From contig NZ_JAODIY010000011.1 of NCBI RefSeq assembly GCF_026586665.1, positions 36,533 through 60,532 on the forward strand: DNA of 24,000 nt, read 5' to 3'. The position numbers were made by a program, and so were the translations under genes. Under the pieces are notes generated by a model. It saw only the letters and a program-made list of their open reading frames with translations, was not told the DNA's origin and did no database searches. This stretch comes from Halovenus rubra. GTDB lineage: Archaea; Halobacteriota; Halobacteria; Halobacteriales; Haloarculaceae. How positions within the stretch are numbered: position 1 is the stretch's first letter; the number at the start of each line of letters is the position of its first letter. Positions 14,395-23,929 of the stretch are shown here, one piece after another.

Positions 14395-16704
14395 ATGGCT
14401 GACAGGAAGAGTTCAGTACTACCATCGTTTATCCAGGGGAGTTATGCTGTCCAACTGGGCGTTGCTCTCGCTTTCGCTATTCTGGTGATGTTCGCATTCG
14501 GGACAATCATCAGCGTACAAGCGTCCAGTACGCTCGAAGATAATGTCGAGAAAGACACCAAAGAGTTAGCAAACTCTCAAGGTGGACAGCTTGATTCCTG
14601 GCTTCAAAGTACCGAGCGAAGCGTGAGAGCAAGTTCGGACAACCCGTTGTTGAACGGCGCTACAGAGGAGGAAATAAGCCAACAACTGAGTAGATGGGTC
14701 GAAAACAAACAGGTTTCCAAGCATGTTGCTGCTGTTCACTATCTCAATACAGAGACCATGACTATCGAGGCGAGTTCTAACGAGCAGTTTATTGGCGCAG
14801 ACCCTAGTGAGCAGGGGGCCGCATTTGCCAAGAACCCGCCGACATTTTCCGGACCACACGATACACATATCACCGAGCCGTTTAGTGTTTCGCTGGCTGA
14901 CCACCCAATTATTGCGGCTCTATCGCCAGTAACCGGCGAGCAAAACTATGTACTCGTCTATATGCCTGATATCCAAGCGAAGTCGAACTCGATTGCAGCC
15001 GACGCTGAAAACTCGAGTACTACGATCATCAATCAAGAAGGAACCTACGTTACGCACCCCGATGGGGACCGGATTCTCGAACAGTCAGCTATCGATGCCG
15101 AGAATTACGAGGGGGTTACAAGCGAAGAGAGTCGCTTCCTTGATGACGGAGAAGAACAACTACTGACCTTTACCGGGCTTGAATCAACCGACTGGGTTGT
15201 GGTCGTTGAGACGGACCGCGAGGCTGCGTTGGCGTTGAGTAATCAGATAAACTCCAACCTTCTTGGGCTTATTCTGTTTGCTATCATCAATCTTGGCCTA
15301 GTTGGTGTTACCGTCGGAACCAACACGATAACCTCACTCCGACGGCTGACCGAACGGGCCCAGCAGATGGGCAATGGCGACCTCGATGTGGAGCTGTCGA
15401 CCTCTCGTGAAGACGAGTTTGGCGTTCTCTACAACTCATTTGACGATATGCGGTCGTCGTTACGCGAGAAGATTGGTGAGGCTGAAACCGCCCGAGAAGA
15501 AGCCGAAAAGGCGCGTGCACAAGCCGAGGAAGCCAAACAGGGAGCAGTCGAGGAAAGTGAGCGGATGCAACAGATAAACCAAGAGCTGGAATCAAAGGCA
15601 ACAGAGTACCGGGAAGTGCTCGATGACGTTGCAGCGGGCAACCTCACCCGGCGGGTTGACCCTGACAGCGAGAACGAGGCGATGCAGTCTGTTGGTGAGG
15701 AGATAAACACGACGTTGGATGCGCTTGAAGAGATACTTTCGACGACAAAATCGTTCGCACGAGAGGTGTTGGACGCAAGCGACCGTGCCGGAGAGAACGC
15801 CATTGAAGTCGATACTGCCAGTCAGGAAGTGCGGGAATCAATCGAAGAAATCTTCGAGGGAGCCTCCGAGCAAAACGACCGACTGCAAGATGCAGCCTCA
15901 GACATGGAAGACCTATCGGCCATCGCCCAAGAGGTTGCTTCTTCTGCACAACAGGTCGCAAGCACCTCTCAGTCTGCCGCCGAAGTGGGAGAAACTGGCC
16001 GGGAAGCGGCACAGGAAGCTATCGACGAAATGAATGCAATTGACGAGGAAACCGACGAAACAGTAACCGAGATAAACGAACTCGCGGACGAACTCGACGA
16101 GATTGGGGATATCGTCGACCTCATTACCAATATCGTCGAGCAGACAAACATGCTCGCGTTGAACGCGTCAATCGAAGCTGCCCGTGCGGATGCGGGCGGA
16201 GACGGGTTTGCTGTTGTCGCTGACGAGGTCAAAAACCTCGCTGAGGAGACTCGCGAGGCAGCGGAGGATATCGAAGACCGAATCGCACGCATCCAGTCAC
16301 AGACCGGCGAGACAGTCGAAACAATCGAAACGACGAGTCACCGTATCACCTCTGGTACCGAGACTGTCGGCGAAGCAGTCGACGCGCTCGAACGTATTGT
16401 CGAATACACTGAAGAGGTTGATGTTGGGATTCAAGAGATAGACGAGGCGACCGAACAACAGGCACGCACCTCACAGAACGTCATGGAAGTAATTGATGAC
16501 CTCACGGACATCAGTCAGGAGACAGCACGTGAAGCCGATACGGTTGCCGATGCAGCAGAACAGCAGGCCGACTCCATTTCGGAGGTGTCTGATTCTGCAA
16601 ATCAACTCCGAGAGCGGACAGAGGCACTTGACCAGCTACTCTCGCGCTTTACTGTCACCGGCGAGGAAGACGGTGTTGTCGCAGTGAGCGGAGGTGATGC
16701 ATAA
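14395..16704 (+). CDS. htrII: Halobacterial transducer protein (HtrII-like MCP) with a large extracellular Cache-like domain
   Basis: I take the start at the ATG at 14395 ([12 protein letters not shown]...), giving 769 aa. TM1 is at about aa 18-41, an extracellular domain of about 245 aa follows, and TM2 is at about aa 289-309. Then come HAMP repeats and the conserved MCP signalling hairpin ([38 protein letters not shown]). The stop overlaps the sopII ATG as TAATG at 16702-16706. Confidence 0.9.
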   Translation: MADRKSSVLPSFIQGSYAVQLGVALAFAILVMFAFGTIISVQASSTLEDNVEKDTKELANSQGGQLDSWLQSTERSVRASSDNPLLNGATEEEISQQLSRWVENKQVSKHVAAVHYLNTETMTIEASSNEQFIGADPSEQGAAFAKNPPTFSGPHDTHITEPFSVSLADHPIIAALSPVTGEQNYVLVYMPDIQAKSNSIAADAENSSTTIINQEGTYVTHPDGDRILEQSAIDAENYEGVTSEESRFLDDGEEQLLTFTGLESTDWVVVVETDREAALALSNQINSNLLGLILFAIINLGLVGVTVGTNTITSLRRLTERAQQMGNGDLDVELSTSREDEFGVLYNSFDDMRSSLREKIGEAETAREEAEKARAQAEEAKQGAVEESERMQQINQELESKATEYREVLDDVAAGNLTRRVDPDSENEAMQSVGEEINTTLDALEEILSTTKSFAREVLDASDRAGENAIEVDTASQEVRESIEEIFEGASEQNDRLQDAASDMEDLSAIAQEVASSAQQVASTSQSAAEVGETGREAAQEAIDEMNAIDEETDETVTEINELADELDEIGDIVDLITNIVEQTNMLALNASIEAARADAGGDGFAVVADEVKNLAEETREAAEDIEDRIARIQSQTGETVETIETTSHRITSGTETVGEAVDALERIVEYTEEVDVGIQEIDEATEQQARTSQNVMEVIDDLTDISQETAREADTVADAAEQQADSISEVSDSANQLRERTEALDQLLSRFTVTGEEDGVVAVSGGDA

Positions 16705-17396
16705 TGGCTGGACTAAGCACCTGGTACACGCTGGGGACGATTGGGATGTTGGCTGGAACTCTTGGGCTTGCGTACGGCTTCCGACTGGTTCCCCGTTCGA
16801 ACCGTCGTCGATACTCACTACTGGTTGCTGTCCCGTTTATTGCCGTTGTTGCGTATGCTCTAATGGCACTTGGATACGGGAGTATCGAAACACAAACCGG
16901 AGACAGCCTGTTCATCTACCGGTATATCGACTGGCTACTGACCACTCCCCTTCACGTCCTCTATTTAGGTCTGTTGGCCGGAGCGGCCACAAGAGCTGTC
17001 TATAAATCGATAGGGCTGATGGGCGCGACAATCGTTCTGGGCTTTGGCGGCGCGTACGCGGCCTCACCGCTCAAGTGGCTCCTCTTTGGCGCTGGAGGAC
17101 TCACATTTGCCGGTGTCGTCTACTACACGTACGCCGAGTTTGACACGGCTGCACAGGGATCACCGGTACTTTCGACGTTCCGGAAGCTTCGGGCGTTCGT
17201 TATCGTGCTATGGCTCATATACCCGCTTATCTGGGTCTTTGCACCAGTCGGGCTTGGCCTGATCCAAATTGGAACATCGGCATTAGTCATCTCGTATCTC
17301 GATGTCGTCGCGAAAATCGGGTTCGGATTCATTGCGCTCTCCGGCCAGCTTTCGGTCCAAAGCACAACGACAACCACGCCAACAACTGCGGATTGA
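16704..17396 (+). CDS. sopII: Sensory rhodopsin II (phoborhodopsin)
   Basis: 230 aa, seven TM helices. It has the retinal Schiff-base lysine in YLDVVAKIGFGF (K204, codon 17313-17315), counterion D76 in RYIDWLLTTPL, and Tyr87 at the bacteriorhodopsin D96 position, so there is no proton donor and it is a sensor rather than a pump. It closely resembles the NpSRII/HsSRII sequences as I recall them. It is coupled to an upstream htr gene. Confidence 0.9.
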   Translation: MAGLSTWYTLGTIGMLAGTLGLAYGFRLVPRSNRRRYSLLVAVPFIAVVAYALMALGYGSIETQTGDSLFIYRYIDWLLTTPLHVLYLGLLAGAATRAVYKSIGLMGATIVLGFGGAYAASPLKWLLFGAGGLTFAGVVYYTYAEFDTAAQGSPVLSTFRKLRAFVIVLWLIYPLIWVFAPVGLGLIQIGTSALVISYLDVVAKIGFGFIALSGQLSVQSTTTTTPTTAD

Positions 17397-17418
17397 CCCA
17401 CAGAAAGTCAAGAACCGG

Positions 17419-18471
17419 TCAGTCTAGTTGTGAAACGCCAGTACCACTCTCGACAGCAGTAAGGTCGATAGCTCCTTCAGGCATCGGAACGCCGTCGTAC
17501 GCGTGGTCAGCAAGCAACAGTGCACCATCAAGGTCCGCGTAGTCAACTAGCGGTGCCAGCTGACACGCGCCCGCAATCGATGCGTTACTCTCTGTCATAC
17601 AGCCTAGCATAACGGACAGGTCGTGTGCATTCGCGGCGAGAATCTGGTTACGGGCGGGCCGGAGACCACCACATTTCATCAGCTTCACTACTACGATATC
17701 GACAGCATCAGCCACAGTCGGGACATCTGCCGCCGTAACACAGGACTCATCGGCTGCAACTGGAATGTTACCTTCGACTGAGACGCGGCGAAGCCCTTCG
17801 ATGTCGTCAGCTGGGACTGGCTGCTCGACAAACTCGACACCGTAGTCAGCCAGCCATCTCGTGTTTGCGACAGCCTCCTCGGCGGTCCAGTCACAGTTAG
17901 CGTCAACACGGATTCGCGCGTCAGGTGCGCCTTCTCTGACTGCCTCGATCCGTTCCCGGTCCCCAGCGGTCCCGAGCTTGACCTTGAGCACGTCAAAGCC
18001 TCGGTCGACCGCTCGCCGAGCCCGGTCACGCATCTCTTCGGGCGAGTCGATGGCAACCGTATACGACGTGCTTGGGGCCCGACCAGGGTCGAGACCCCAG
18101 CGACGGTATAACGGTTCTTCAGCCTGTGTCGACGCAAGGTCGTGGACAGCAATCGAGACGGCAGCACGGGCAGCGGCCTCTTCGGGCGCGAGTTCGACCA
18201 GTCGGTCTGCAATAAGTTGCTGTGCGTGCGGGTCGCCTATGGCTTCGACAGCGTCGAGTAGTGTCGGTAGTGTTGCCGCCACGCTATCAGCTGTTTCGTT
18301 GTAGTACGAGGAAGGGCCAGCGGCGCCAACACCGACGCGCCCGGCATTGTCTGCAACTTCGACGGTTACCACAGGAGCCGCTTCGATTGTGCCCCGAGAG
18401 ATGGTAAATGACTCTGCAAGGGAGAGCGTGTGGCGTTTGAATGCAGTTGAAGTGATCTCAGTGTCTGTCAT
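17419..18471 (-). CDS. Dipeptide epimerase (L-Ala-D/L-Glu epimerase-like, enolase superfamily)
   Basis: The start is the internal ATG at 18471 (MTDTEITSTAFKRHTL...), giving 350 aa. The longer track ORF would overlap the upstream gene. MR/MLE motifs are present: LKVKLG (KxK), RVDANCDW, VEQP, AADES and VKLMKCGG. Confidence 0.85.
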   Translation of the reverse strand: MTDTEITSTAFKRHTLSLAESFTISRGTIEAAPVVTVEVADNAGRVGVGAAGPSSYYNETADSVAATLPTLLDAVEAIGDPHAQQLIADRLVELAPEEAAARAAVSIAVHDLASTQAEEPLYRRWGLDPGRAPSTSYTVAIDSPEEMRDRARRAVDRGFDVLKVKLGTAGDRERIEAVREGAPDARIRVDANCDWTAEEAVANTRWLADYGVEFVEQPVPADDIEGLRRVSVEGNIPVAADESCVTAADVPTVADAVDIVVVKLMKCGGLRPARNQILAANAHDLSVMLGCMTESNASIAGACQLAPLVDYADLDGALLLADHAYDGVPMPEGAIDLTAVESGTGVSQLD

Positions 18472-18478
18472 TGCTATC

Positions 18479-19477
18479 TTAGATTGCACCGTATGGGTCG
18501 CCTTTCGATTCGTCAAGGCGTTCGAACTGCTCGTCTGAAAGCGAAACAGTCGCAGCCCGGAGGTTCTCTTCAAGCTGGTCGGTTGTCCGCGCACCGACGA
18601 TTGGAGCTGTTATGTTTGGGTGGTGAAGCTGGAACGCGAGTGCAACCTGTGCTGGTGACGCGCCAGTATCGGCAGCGACAGCCCGAACATCATCAAGCAC
18701 GTCGAAGTTTTCTTCAGTCAAGTAATTCTGTTCCCAGCGGTCAGAGTCAGAGGCAGTAGAGTCATCAGGCATGTCAGCGTCACGCTCGTACTTACCGGTC
18801 AAAAATCCTTGTCCGAGAGGACTCCATGGAGCGATACCGATATCGAGTTCGCGACACATTTCCATGTACTCTGCCTCGATTTCGCGGTTGACTAGATTGT
18901 AGCGAGGTTGGGTGATAGTAAACGGTTCCCAACCGTACTGGCGGGCAATCTCGTTGGCACGCGAAATACGCCAGCCGTTGGGTCGGAACGTCGACGCACC
19001 GAGGTAGTGGACTTTTCTGTCGTCGACCAATCCGTTCAGCGTCCGCATCAGTTCACGGGCTGGCGTCGCATCGTCCCACCGGTGGATGTATAGGACATCC
19101 AGATACTCCGTTCCGAGCCTGTCGAGCATGGCATCAATCTGATTGCGCAGATGCTTGCGGTTGAGGCCGCCAGCGTTTGGGTCGTCTTCACGCGTCGGCC
19201 AGAACACTTTCGAGGCGATAACGTACTCGTCGCGGTTGCGGTCAGCAAGCCACTCGCCAATCCATTCTTCGCTCACGCCTCCTCCATAGACATCTGCTGT
19301 GTCGATAAACCGCCCACCTGCTGTTTCGTACGTATCGAGTAGTTCGTGTCCGCGCTCCCGGCTAATTTCGAGGTTCCCAGCGGCCGTCTCGCGGCCAAAG
19401 CGCCACGTTCCGAACGCAATTTCGCTTACTTCTAGTCCAGTTCGTCCCATCGAGACGGTCTCAAGCTCAAGCTCCAT
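18479..19477 (-). CDS. Aldo/keto reductase
   Basis: AKR motifs are present: GRTGLEVSEIAFGTWRFG, FIDTADVYGGG, LDVLYIHRWD, GASTF and PWSPLGQGFLTGKY. I prefer the ATG at 19477 (MELELETVSMGRTG...). A GTG at 19525 is the alternative start, so the N-terminus is uncertain by 16 aa. Confidence 0.88.
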   Translation of the reverse strand: MELELETVSMGRTGLEVSEIAFGTWRFGRETAAGNLEISRERGHELLDTYETAGGRFIDTADVYGGGVSEEWIGEWLADRNRDEYVIASKVFWPTREDDPNAGGLNRKHLRNQIDAMLDRLGTEYLDVLYIHRWDDATPARELMRTLNGLVDDRKVHYLGASTFRPNGWRISRANEIARQYGWEPFTITQPRYNLVNREIEAEYMEMCRELDIGIAPWSPLGQGFLTGKYERDADMPDDSTASDSDRWEQNYLTEENFDVLDDVRAVAADTGASPAQVALAFQLHHPNITAPIVGARTTDQLEENLRAATVSLSDEQFERLDESKGDPYGAI

Positions 19478-19594
19478 ATCGGTCAGTCGGCCGCCGACGA
19501 TAGAAAGGTTCGGGGTACCGTTCACTCGAAAATGTATTTGAAACGAGTGAAAACGGCAAGAGCGACTGGGAGAGAAAACAGGGAGCGCAGACGA

Positions 19595-20842
19595 CTACTC
19601 GAAGAGGTCCCGAGCAGCGTCGAGCGCCTCAACAAGGGCGTCGATTTCTTCGCGAGTGTTGTAGATATAGAATGAGGCCCGTGCCGATGCAGTTTTGCCG
19701 AGCTTGTCGTGGAGCGGCTGCGTACAGTGGTCACCCGCACGAATCGCGACGGAGTAATCGTTGAGAATCTCTGAAATGTCGTGTGGATGAACAGTGTCGA
19801 GTGTAAACGACACTAGCCCACCGCGCTGTTCGCCCGCCGATGGACCAAGAATGTCGATATCATCGAACGTTGAGAGCTGTTCGATGGTGTACTGAGCCAG
19901 CGCGTTCTCGTGGCGTTCAATGCGTTCCATTCCGATATCGTCGAGATAGTCCGCGGCTTTTGCCATCGCAATCCCTTCACAGATGGCCGGGGTCCCTGCT
20001 TCGTACTTCCAAGGCAGGTCGTGCCACGTCGTCTCTTCGAACTCGACTTTCCGAATCATCCCGCCACCGTACATGAACGGGTCCATCTCTTCGAGCAGGT
20101 GTTTTTTGCCATAGAGTCCGCCGATACCGGTTGGACCGACCATCTTGTGGCCGGAGAAGGCATAGAAGTCGGCATCGATGGCTTCGACATCAACCGGCAT
20201 CGTCGGAACCGCCTGTGCGCCATCGACGAAGATGTATGCATCGTGGTCGTGTGCGAGGTCGGCAAGCTCACCGACCGGGTTGATAGTTCCCAGCGTGTTC
20301 GAGACGTGGAGCGCGCTTACCATCTGTGTGTCGTCAGTTATCAGCTCCGCAGCGTGGTCCATGTCGAGATGACCTTCCTCGTCAACACGGATGTAGCGGA
20401 CTTCTGCACCGGTCCGCTCGGCGATCTGTTGCCACGTAACCAGCGAAGAGTGGTGCTCCATTTCGGTCATGACGACCTCGTCGCCGGGGCCAAGTTCGTT
20501 TAACCCCCAAGCGTAGGCAATCAAGTTCTCGGCTTCGGTCGTATTCCGGACGAACACCATCTCCTCGCGCCCACCGCTGGCCCCGATGAACTCGGCCAGA
20601 CGGTCGTGTGCATCTTCGTATGCGACGCTTGCTTCCTGTGAAAGCTGGTGGAGGCCGCGGTGGATGTTCGCGTTCGTCTCGTAGTAGTACTCGGTAATCG
20701 CGTCGACAACCTGTTCCGGTGTCTGTGATGTCGCCGCGTTGTCGAGGTAGACGAGTTGTTTCCCACCGATATCCCGGTCGAGGATTGGAAAGTCATCACG
20801 AATACTCTCGACGTCAAGAATTTCCGATTCAGGCGTAGCCAT
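19595..20842 (-). CDS. sufS: Cysteine desulfurase, SufS-type (class V aminotransferase)
   Basis: 415 aa. Motifs present: FPILDR..., YLDNAATSQTP, ANIHRGLHQLS, the PLP-lysine context FSGHKMVGPTGIGGLYGK, and the C-terminal RAGDHCTQPL active-site Cys loop. Confidence 0.92.
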   Translation of the reverse strand: MATPESEILDVESIRDDFPILDRDIGGKQLVYLDNAATSQTPEQVVDAITEYYYETNANIHRGLHQLSQEASVAYEDAHDRLAEFIGASGGREEMVFVRNTTEAENLIAYAWGLNELGPGDEVVMTEMEHHSSLVTWQQIAERTGAEVRYIRVDEEGHLDMDHAAELITDDTQMVSALHVSNTLGTINPVGELADLAHDHDAYIFVDGAQAVPTMPVDVEAIDADFYAFSGHKMVGPTGIGGLYGKKHLLEEMDPFMYGGGMIRKVEFEETTWHDLPWKYEAGTPAICEGIAMAKAADYLDDIGMERIERHENALAQYTIEQLSTFDDIDILGPSAGEQRGGLVSFTLDTVHPHDISEILNDYSVAIRAGDHCTQPLHDKLGKTASARASFYIYNTREEIDALVEALDAARDLFE

Positions 20843-20956
20843 TATATCGTGTTCAGGCCCGAGTAAGTAACTTTTTTTCGGTTTCCCAAAACTGTATTTC
20901 CGCCAGCGGCAACTTCCGCCGCATGTACAAGAAAAGAAACCTGAAACAGAGCGATC

Positions 20957-21256
20957 TTATAGCCACAGCAGCTGTGCGTGGCGGGTCCCATCGAAATCAA
21001 GGACATTCTCTTCCTCAACAAAGCCGTTCTTGATTGCGATTTCGACTGCGGTCGTACCGACGAGGTTGGCGACAGAGCAACTTGCGAGACTCTCGACAAC
21101 GTCGTGTTCGTCAGCTGCCTCACCGTCGTAGAACTCCGGGTCAACAGTCAGCGAGGCAGCATCATTCTCGAACTCCTCGCCGAGTACGTCCGCATCACAG
21201 ACGGAGACCAGCTGACCTTTCTCGGTCTCACGCTCGTTCAACAGTAGCCCAGCCAT
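20957..21256 (-). CDS. DUF424 domain protein
   Basis: 99 aa. The pattern ...LVSVCDADVLGEEFE....L.V...FY.GE......V...L.....ANLVG..AV..AI..G.V.E matches conserved archaeal DUF424 as I recall it. It starts 3 nt after the stop of the upstream TPR gene, so the two probably form an operon. Confidence 0.8.
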   Translation of the reverse strand: MAGLLLNERETEKGQLVSVCDADVLGEEFENDAASLTVDPEFYDGEAADEHDVVESLASCSVANLVGTTAVEIAIKNGFVEEENVLDFDGTRHAQLLWL

Positions 21257-21259
21257 AGC

Positions 21260-22036
21260 TTATTCGAAAAGCTGCTGGTTTTGGTCGTCAGTCATCTGTT
21301 GACTGTGGTCATCTACCATTTGCTGGTCTTGGTCTTCTCGGATGGACTCAGCTTCGTCGGCAACCTCTTCGGCGCGCTCGTCTTCACCCAAGTCTTCAAG
21401 CGCGATAGCTTTCTCTTCGAGCAGGTCAGCACTGCGGTGACCCAGACGGATTGCGTTATCGAACGCATCCAGCGCGTCCTGCGCGAGACCTCGTTCGTTG
21501 AGGAACACGCCTCGGTTGTACCACGCCTGTGCGAAACGTGGGTCAATTTCGACGGCGCGTTCAGCGTGTTCGAGTGCCTCCTCGGTCCGACCGAACTCCC
21601 AGAGTGCATAGGCAAGGTTCGTCTCGGCGGTCGCGGCGTGGTCAGAGCTACCATCAATGTCGATAGCTTCCTTGTATGCACCCATGGCAGCGTCGTACTC
21701 CTCCAGTTCGGCATGTGCAACTCCTTTGTTCACCCACGCTTCCTGTTCAAGGCGGTCGTCGTCAGCGAACCGGGCAACACGTTCAAGCGAGTCAGTCGCC
21801 TGTTCGTACCGATTGAGTCGGATATACTCTAGTCCGATACCGAGAAGTTGCTCGGTGTCTACTGAATCGGTGTCGACGTTCTCTTCGTCAAGTACGTCCG
21901 GTAGTACGTGAGAGTCGACTGGGTCGACTGCATCAGGGTCAACAGCTAGGTCAGATGGGTCGAGGTCGAACGCATCGTACGGGTCATCAAACCCTTGCCC
22001 TTCTGAAAACTCGTGGTCCTGCGGGTCGTTTGTCAT
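21260..22036 (-). CDS. TPR-repeat protein with acidic N- and C-terminal tails
   Basis: 258 aa. It carries repeated 34-residue TPR signatures (AWVNKGVAHAELEEYDAAMGAYKEAIDID, NLAYALWEFGRTEEALEHAERAVEIDP, AWYNRGVFLNERGLAQDALDAFDNAIRL). Confidence 0.85.
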   Translation of the reverse strand: MTNDPQDHEFSEGQGFDDPYDAFDLDPSDLAVDPDAVDPVDSHVLPDVLDEENVDTDSVDTEQLLGIGLEYIRLNRYEQATDSLERVARFADDDRLEQEAWVNKGVAHAELEEYDAAMGAYKEAIDIDGSSDHAATAETNLAYALWEFGRTEEALEHAERAVEIDPRFAQAWYNRGVFLNERGLAQDALDAFDNAIRLGHRSADLLEEKAIALEDLGEDERAEEVADEAESIREDQDQQMVDDHSQQMTDDQNQQLFE

Positions 22037-22089
22037 GAGTTTCTGTAGGCGTGGCGGACAATTAAGGCCTGCGTCACCAAGCTAAATGT

Positions 22090-22641
22090 ATGCGACTGTT
22101 CGTCAGCGTTAGCCTCGACGAATTAGTCGGTGAGGTTGCCGACATACAAGAGCCATTCGTCGGGGTCGACGGTCTCCGGACAACCAATCCTGAGCAGGCC
22201 CATCTTACGTTGAAATTTCTGGGAGAGACAGAGGAGACGCGCCTTCGGGCACTCACTGATGGCGTTGACGCTGCCATTGCTGACACTGGCATCGAACCCT
22301 TCGAAGTATCGTTTGGCGGACTAGGTGTATTCCCGCACCTCAACTATATCAGGGTAATCTGGCTTGGTGTCCGGAATGGGAGCGAGACAGTGAGGCGGCT
22401 ACACACAGCTATCGAAAAACGAGTGACCAAGTTTGGATTCGAACCTGCCAACTCTAACTTTACACCACATGTGACACTCGCTCGGATGGACCACGCGGGC
22501 AACAAAGAGCTAGTCAAAGACGAGGTCCGACAGAGCGATCCAGACGGAGGAACGATGACAGTTGAGGCGATTCAGTTAACCAAGAGTACGCTCACGGAAC
22601 AAGGACCGGAGTACACGGCTATCGAGCGATTCAACCTCTAG
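22090..22641 (+). CDS. thpR: RNA 2',3'-cyclic phosphodiesterase (2H family, ThpR/LigT)
   Basis: 183 aa. It begins MRLFVSV and has two HxT motifs (HLTLKFLG and HVTLAR) at the typical spacing. Confidence 0.88.
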   Translation: MRLFVSVSLDELVGEVADIQEPFVGVDGLRTTNPEQAHLTLKFLGETEETRLRALTDGVDAAIADTGIEPFEVSFGGLGVFPHLNYIRVIWLGVRNGSETVRRLHTAIEKRVTKFGFEPANSNFTPHVTLARMDHAGNKELVKDEVRQSDPDGGTMTVEAIQLTKSTLTEQGPEYTAIERFNL

Positions 22642-23141
22642 AATCGGTCTTTGATAACTTCCAGACCGACGAAGACTTGTAGCTCATCGGTCATATCCGG
22701 CACCTCGATATTACCGTAGTTTGAGTGGTCGACAACTAAGTAGTGCGTGCCATCAAAATCAAGTGAATGTCGGCCACCGTCGGTCGGCATCTTTGCCTCG
22801 TACGCACCTTGCTCGCTGTTTTTCGCGGCGACTGCTCGGAGCGGTTGGTATCCGGTGGGAGGCTTTTCAGGCATCTCGTCACCACCGAGTGTGACCTTCT
22901 GGTACGTGGTAAAGGCTGCTGGGTCTCTAAAATAAAATACTTCGAACCGATTATGTTCCGAACGGATTGTATATTTGATTTCACCGGACCCATCAACATC
23001 TTCGATCTTTTCTATTAATCCGCGCTCGGGTGGGACGATTTCACTCTTATCGAGAGTGAGTACTGGTTTCCCATCAAGACACCCACTTAGGCCCACAGTC
23101 GCACCCAGTGCGGTCGTAGCAAGAAACGACCGTCTTTTCAT
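22638..23141 (-). CDS. Tat-signal lipoprotein, function unknown
   Basis: I prefer the ATG at 23141: MKRRSFLATTALGATVGLSGCLDG has a twin-arginine motif and a lipobox (LSGC). A TATATAA box at 23162-23168 (minus-strand sense) lies about 24 bp upstream and would fall inside the longer track ORF. I recognise no family for the mature domain. Confidence 0.75.
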   Translation of the reverse strand: MKRRSFLATTALGATVGLSGCLDGKPVLTLDKSEIVPPERGLIEKIEDVDGSGEIKYTIRSEHNRFEVFYFRDPAAFTTYQKVTLGGDEMPEKPPTGYQPLRAVAAKNSEQGAYEAKMPTDGGRHSLDFDGTHYLVVDHSNYGNIEVPDMTDELQVFVGLEVIKDRF

Positions 23142-23467
23142 ATATGATATTTGTATACCCATTATATAGAGCTTGACGGCCTAGTTATAGACAATGATAA
23201 CGGATGTCGCTCAAAGACACGTCCAGTAGTGCTATTAAAGAAGATGTTTAGCAATTACAGTCTATTGATACCATCAAAACGACAGCATTATCTGAATATC
23301 AAAACATATATCTAAAGAAGTCAGCTTGTCGCGTAGCTGTTTCTGAGAAACAATGAACCACCGAAGACGGAGTGGTACGCACCATATTTATTCCTGAGAC
23401 TCACAGGAAGAGGACGACAGCCCCGAAGAGGCGTTGAGTGGTCGGCGGATGACGCAAAAAGAACACA

Positions 23468-23475
23468 CATATAAG
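23468..23475 (+). promoter_or_regulatory. TATA-like box (CATATAAG) for the rpl39e-rpl31e-eif6 operon
   Basis: An AT-rich box is centred about 29 bp upstream of the rpl39e ATG at 23501. Confidence 0.4.
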
Positions 23476-23500
23476 TCACGGCAGGGAAGGGAAGCACACT

Positions 23501-23653
23501 ATGGGTAAAAATTCGAAAGCCAAGAAAAAGCGGCTGGCAAAGCTCGAAGAGCAAAACACACGAGTGCCGGCATGGGTTATCATGAAGACCGACCGGGACA
23601 CGATTCGGAACCCCAAACGACGCAACTGGCGCAGGAGTGATACGGACGAATGA
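23501..23653 (+). CDS. rpl39e: 50S ribosomal protein L39e
   Basis: Not in the ORF track (50 aa). Translation: [50 protein letters not shown], a canonical L39e sequence. Its TGA overlaps the rpl31e ATG as ATGA at 23650-23653. Confidence 0.92.
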   Translation: MGKNSKAKKKRLAKLEEQNTRVPAWVIMKTDRDTIRNPKRRNWRRSDTDE

Positions 23654-23928
23654 GTTCCAGTGATATTGACGAGCGGGTCATGACCGTCCCGCTCCGGAGT
23701 ACGCTCGCAGGGTCGTCAAGCGACCAAGCCGACAGAGCACTGTCGGCCATCCGTGAACACCTCGCACAGCATTACTCGGTCGACGAAGATGCCGTCCGGA
23801 TGGATCCGTCGATAAACGAGGCTGTGTGGGCGAACGGTCGAACGAACCCGCCAAGCAAGATTCGGGTTCGAGCGGCGCGTTTCGATGAGGACGGCGAAAG
23901 CGTCGTCGAAGCCGAAGCAGCAGAGTAA
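23650..23928 (+). CDS. rpl31e: 50S ribosomal protein L31e
   Basis: 92 aa. ERVMTVPLR...[10 protein letters not shown]....[27 protein letters not shown] is the typical L31e pattern, and it sits in the conserved L39e-L31e-aIF6 gene order. Confidence 0.93.
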   Translation: MSSSDIDERVMTVPLRSTLAGSSSDQADRALSAIREHLAQHYSVDEDAVRMDPSINEAVWANGRTNPPSKIRVRAARFDEDGESVVEAEAAE

Positions 23929-23929
23929 C

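Noticed and set aside
19840-20503. Plus-strand ORFs (78 aa, 197 aa, 64 aa) opposite sufS, and similar long antisense ORFs opposite the TPR gene (21281..21832) and the permease (10670..11392)
   Set aside because: All are embedded in confidently assigned genes on the other strand and have atypical basic or hydrophobic composition. Long antisense ORFs are expected in GC-biased coding DNA.
23321-23554. 77-aa minus-strand ORF
   Set aside because: It overlaps the start of the canonical rpl39e gene on the opposite strand and an AT-rich region. Its composition is Cys/Phe/Leu-rich and not protein-like for this organism.
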